A stretch of 64,000 bases of DNA from Camelus dromedarius (taxonomy: Eukaryota): assembly GCF_036321535.1 (NCBI RefSeq), contig NC_087436.1, forward strand, positions 81,966,001-82,030,000, in the 5' to 3' direction. The notes under the pieces were generated by a model. That model worked only from the letters and a program-made list of their open reading frames with translations. It ran no database searches and had not been told where the DNA came from. Both the position numbers and the translations under genes were made by a program. Positions 63,543 to 64,000 of this stretch are shown in pieces (the stretch's first letter is position 1; each line of letters opens with the position of its first letter).

Positions 63543-64000
63543 TTCACTCATTCAGCAGATATTTATCGAGTGCCTGCTTTGTATCGGGCACTTTTCTACA
63601 TGCTTGGAGCGTATCAGTGAACAAGATCCCTGCTAGAACAACAAAGATCTTCTAGGGGATGGTGATGAGGAAGGCAGGTAATAAACCCATTAAAAAGGAA
63701 ATCGTCTAGGATCTTTGAAAGTGATACATGCTTTAGAGGAGAAACAAAGCGTACGCTAAAGGATGAGCCATGGCAGGTGGGGTGCTATTTTAAATAGGGT
63801 GGCAGCACTGAGGAGGTAACCTTGAGCTAAGATTTGAAGGAAGGGGTCATGCAGATGTCCGGGAGTGAGAGCCTCTCAGGAAGTCCAAGGTGGGAGTGGG
63901 TCTTGTGTGTTCCAGAATAGTCCCGGCTAGTGTGGCTGAGGTGGAAGGAGAGGAGGGGAGCTGTGAGAGGAGGTGACAGGTCCAGGGCATGGGCCTTCCC
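63543..64000 (-). mobile_element. L2 fragment
   Basis: ttcactcattcagcagatatttatcgagtgcctgc...gaggaggtaaccttgagctaagatttgaagg. Confidence 0.7.

Noticed and set aside
1..64000. Remaining 60-140 aa intronic or antisense ORFs; CRISPR, rRNA or prokaryote-type systems
   Set aside because: The ORFs are repeat-derived, low-complexity or shadows of exons. No repeat-spacer array, rRNA or operon structure is seen in this mammalian locus.

Overview
Mammalian genomic DNA, AT-rich and intron-dominated. The whole window lies inside one + strand gene, PTPN13 (FAP-1/PTP-BL/PTPL1). I traced 32 coding exons from 809 to 62814. With consistent splice phases they join into one uninterrupted frame of 5052 nt (1684 codons, +5 with the VLFDK donor), covering the end of the FERM domain, PDZ1-5 and almost the whole PTP domain. 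The 5' exons and the last exon are outside the window. Exon numbers 16-47 are inferred by counting back from my recollection of a 48-exon human model. Six tRNA-derived SINEs resemble the camelid Vic-1 family, and I recognised no Alu, Bov-tA or PRE-1, so the source is probably a camel, alpaca or llama. Two introns need GC donors. The known alternative-splicing modules (exons 18-20, exon 20 alone, PDZ2 VLFDK) are intact. The most unusual object is a young 2.85-kb antisense L1 at 52153-54997 with a perfect 15-bp TSD. It keeps the 5'UTR, ORF1 and the 3' tail but lacks EN/RT (half-L1-like). On the PTPN13 strand its 5'UTR supplies a Kozak ATG and splice sites that could make either a poison exon or an in-frame L1-PTP-domain fusion. 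That is a sequence-based hypothesis only. Repeat family names come from recalled consensus sequences, not from a search.
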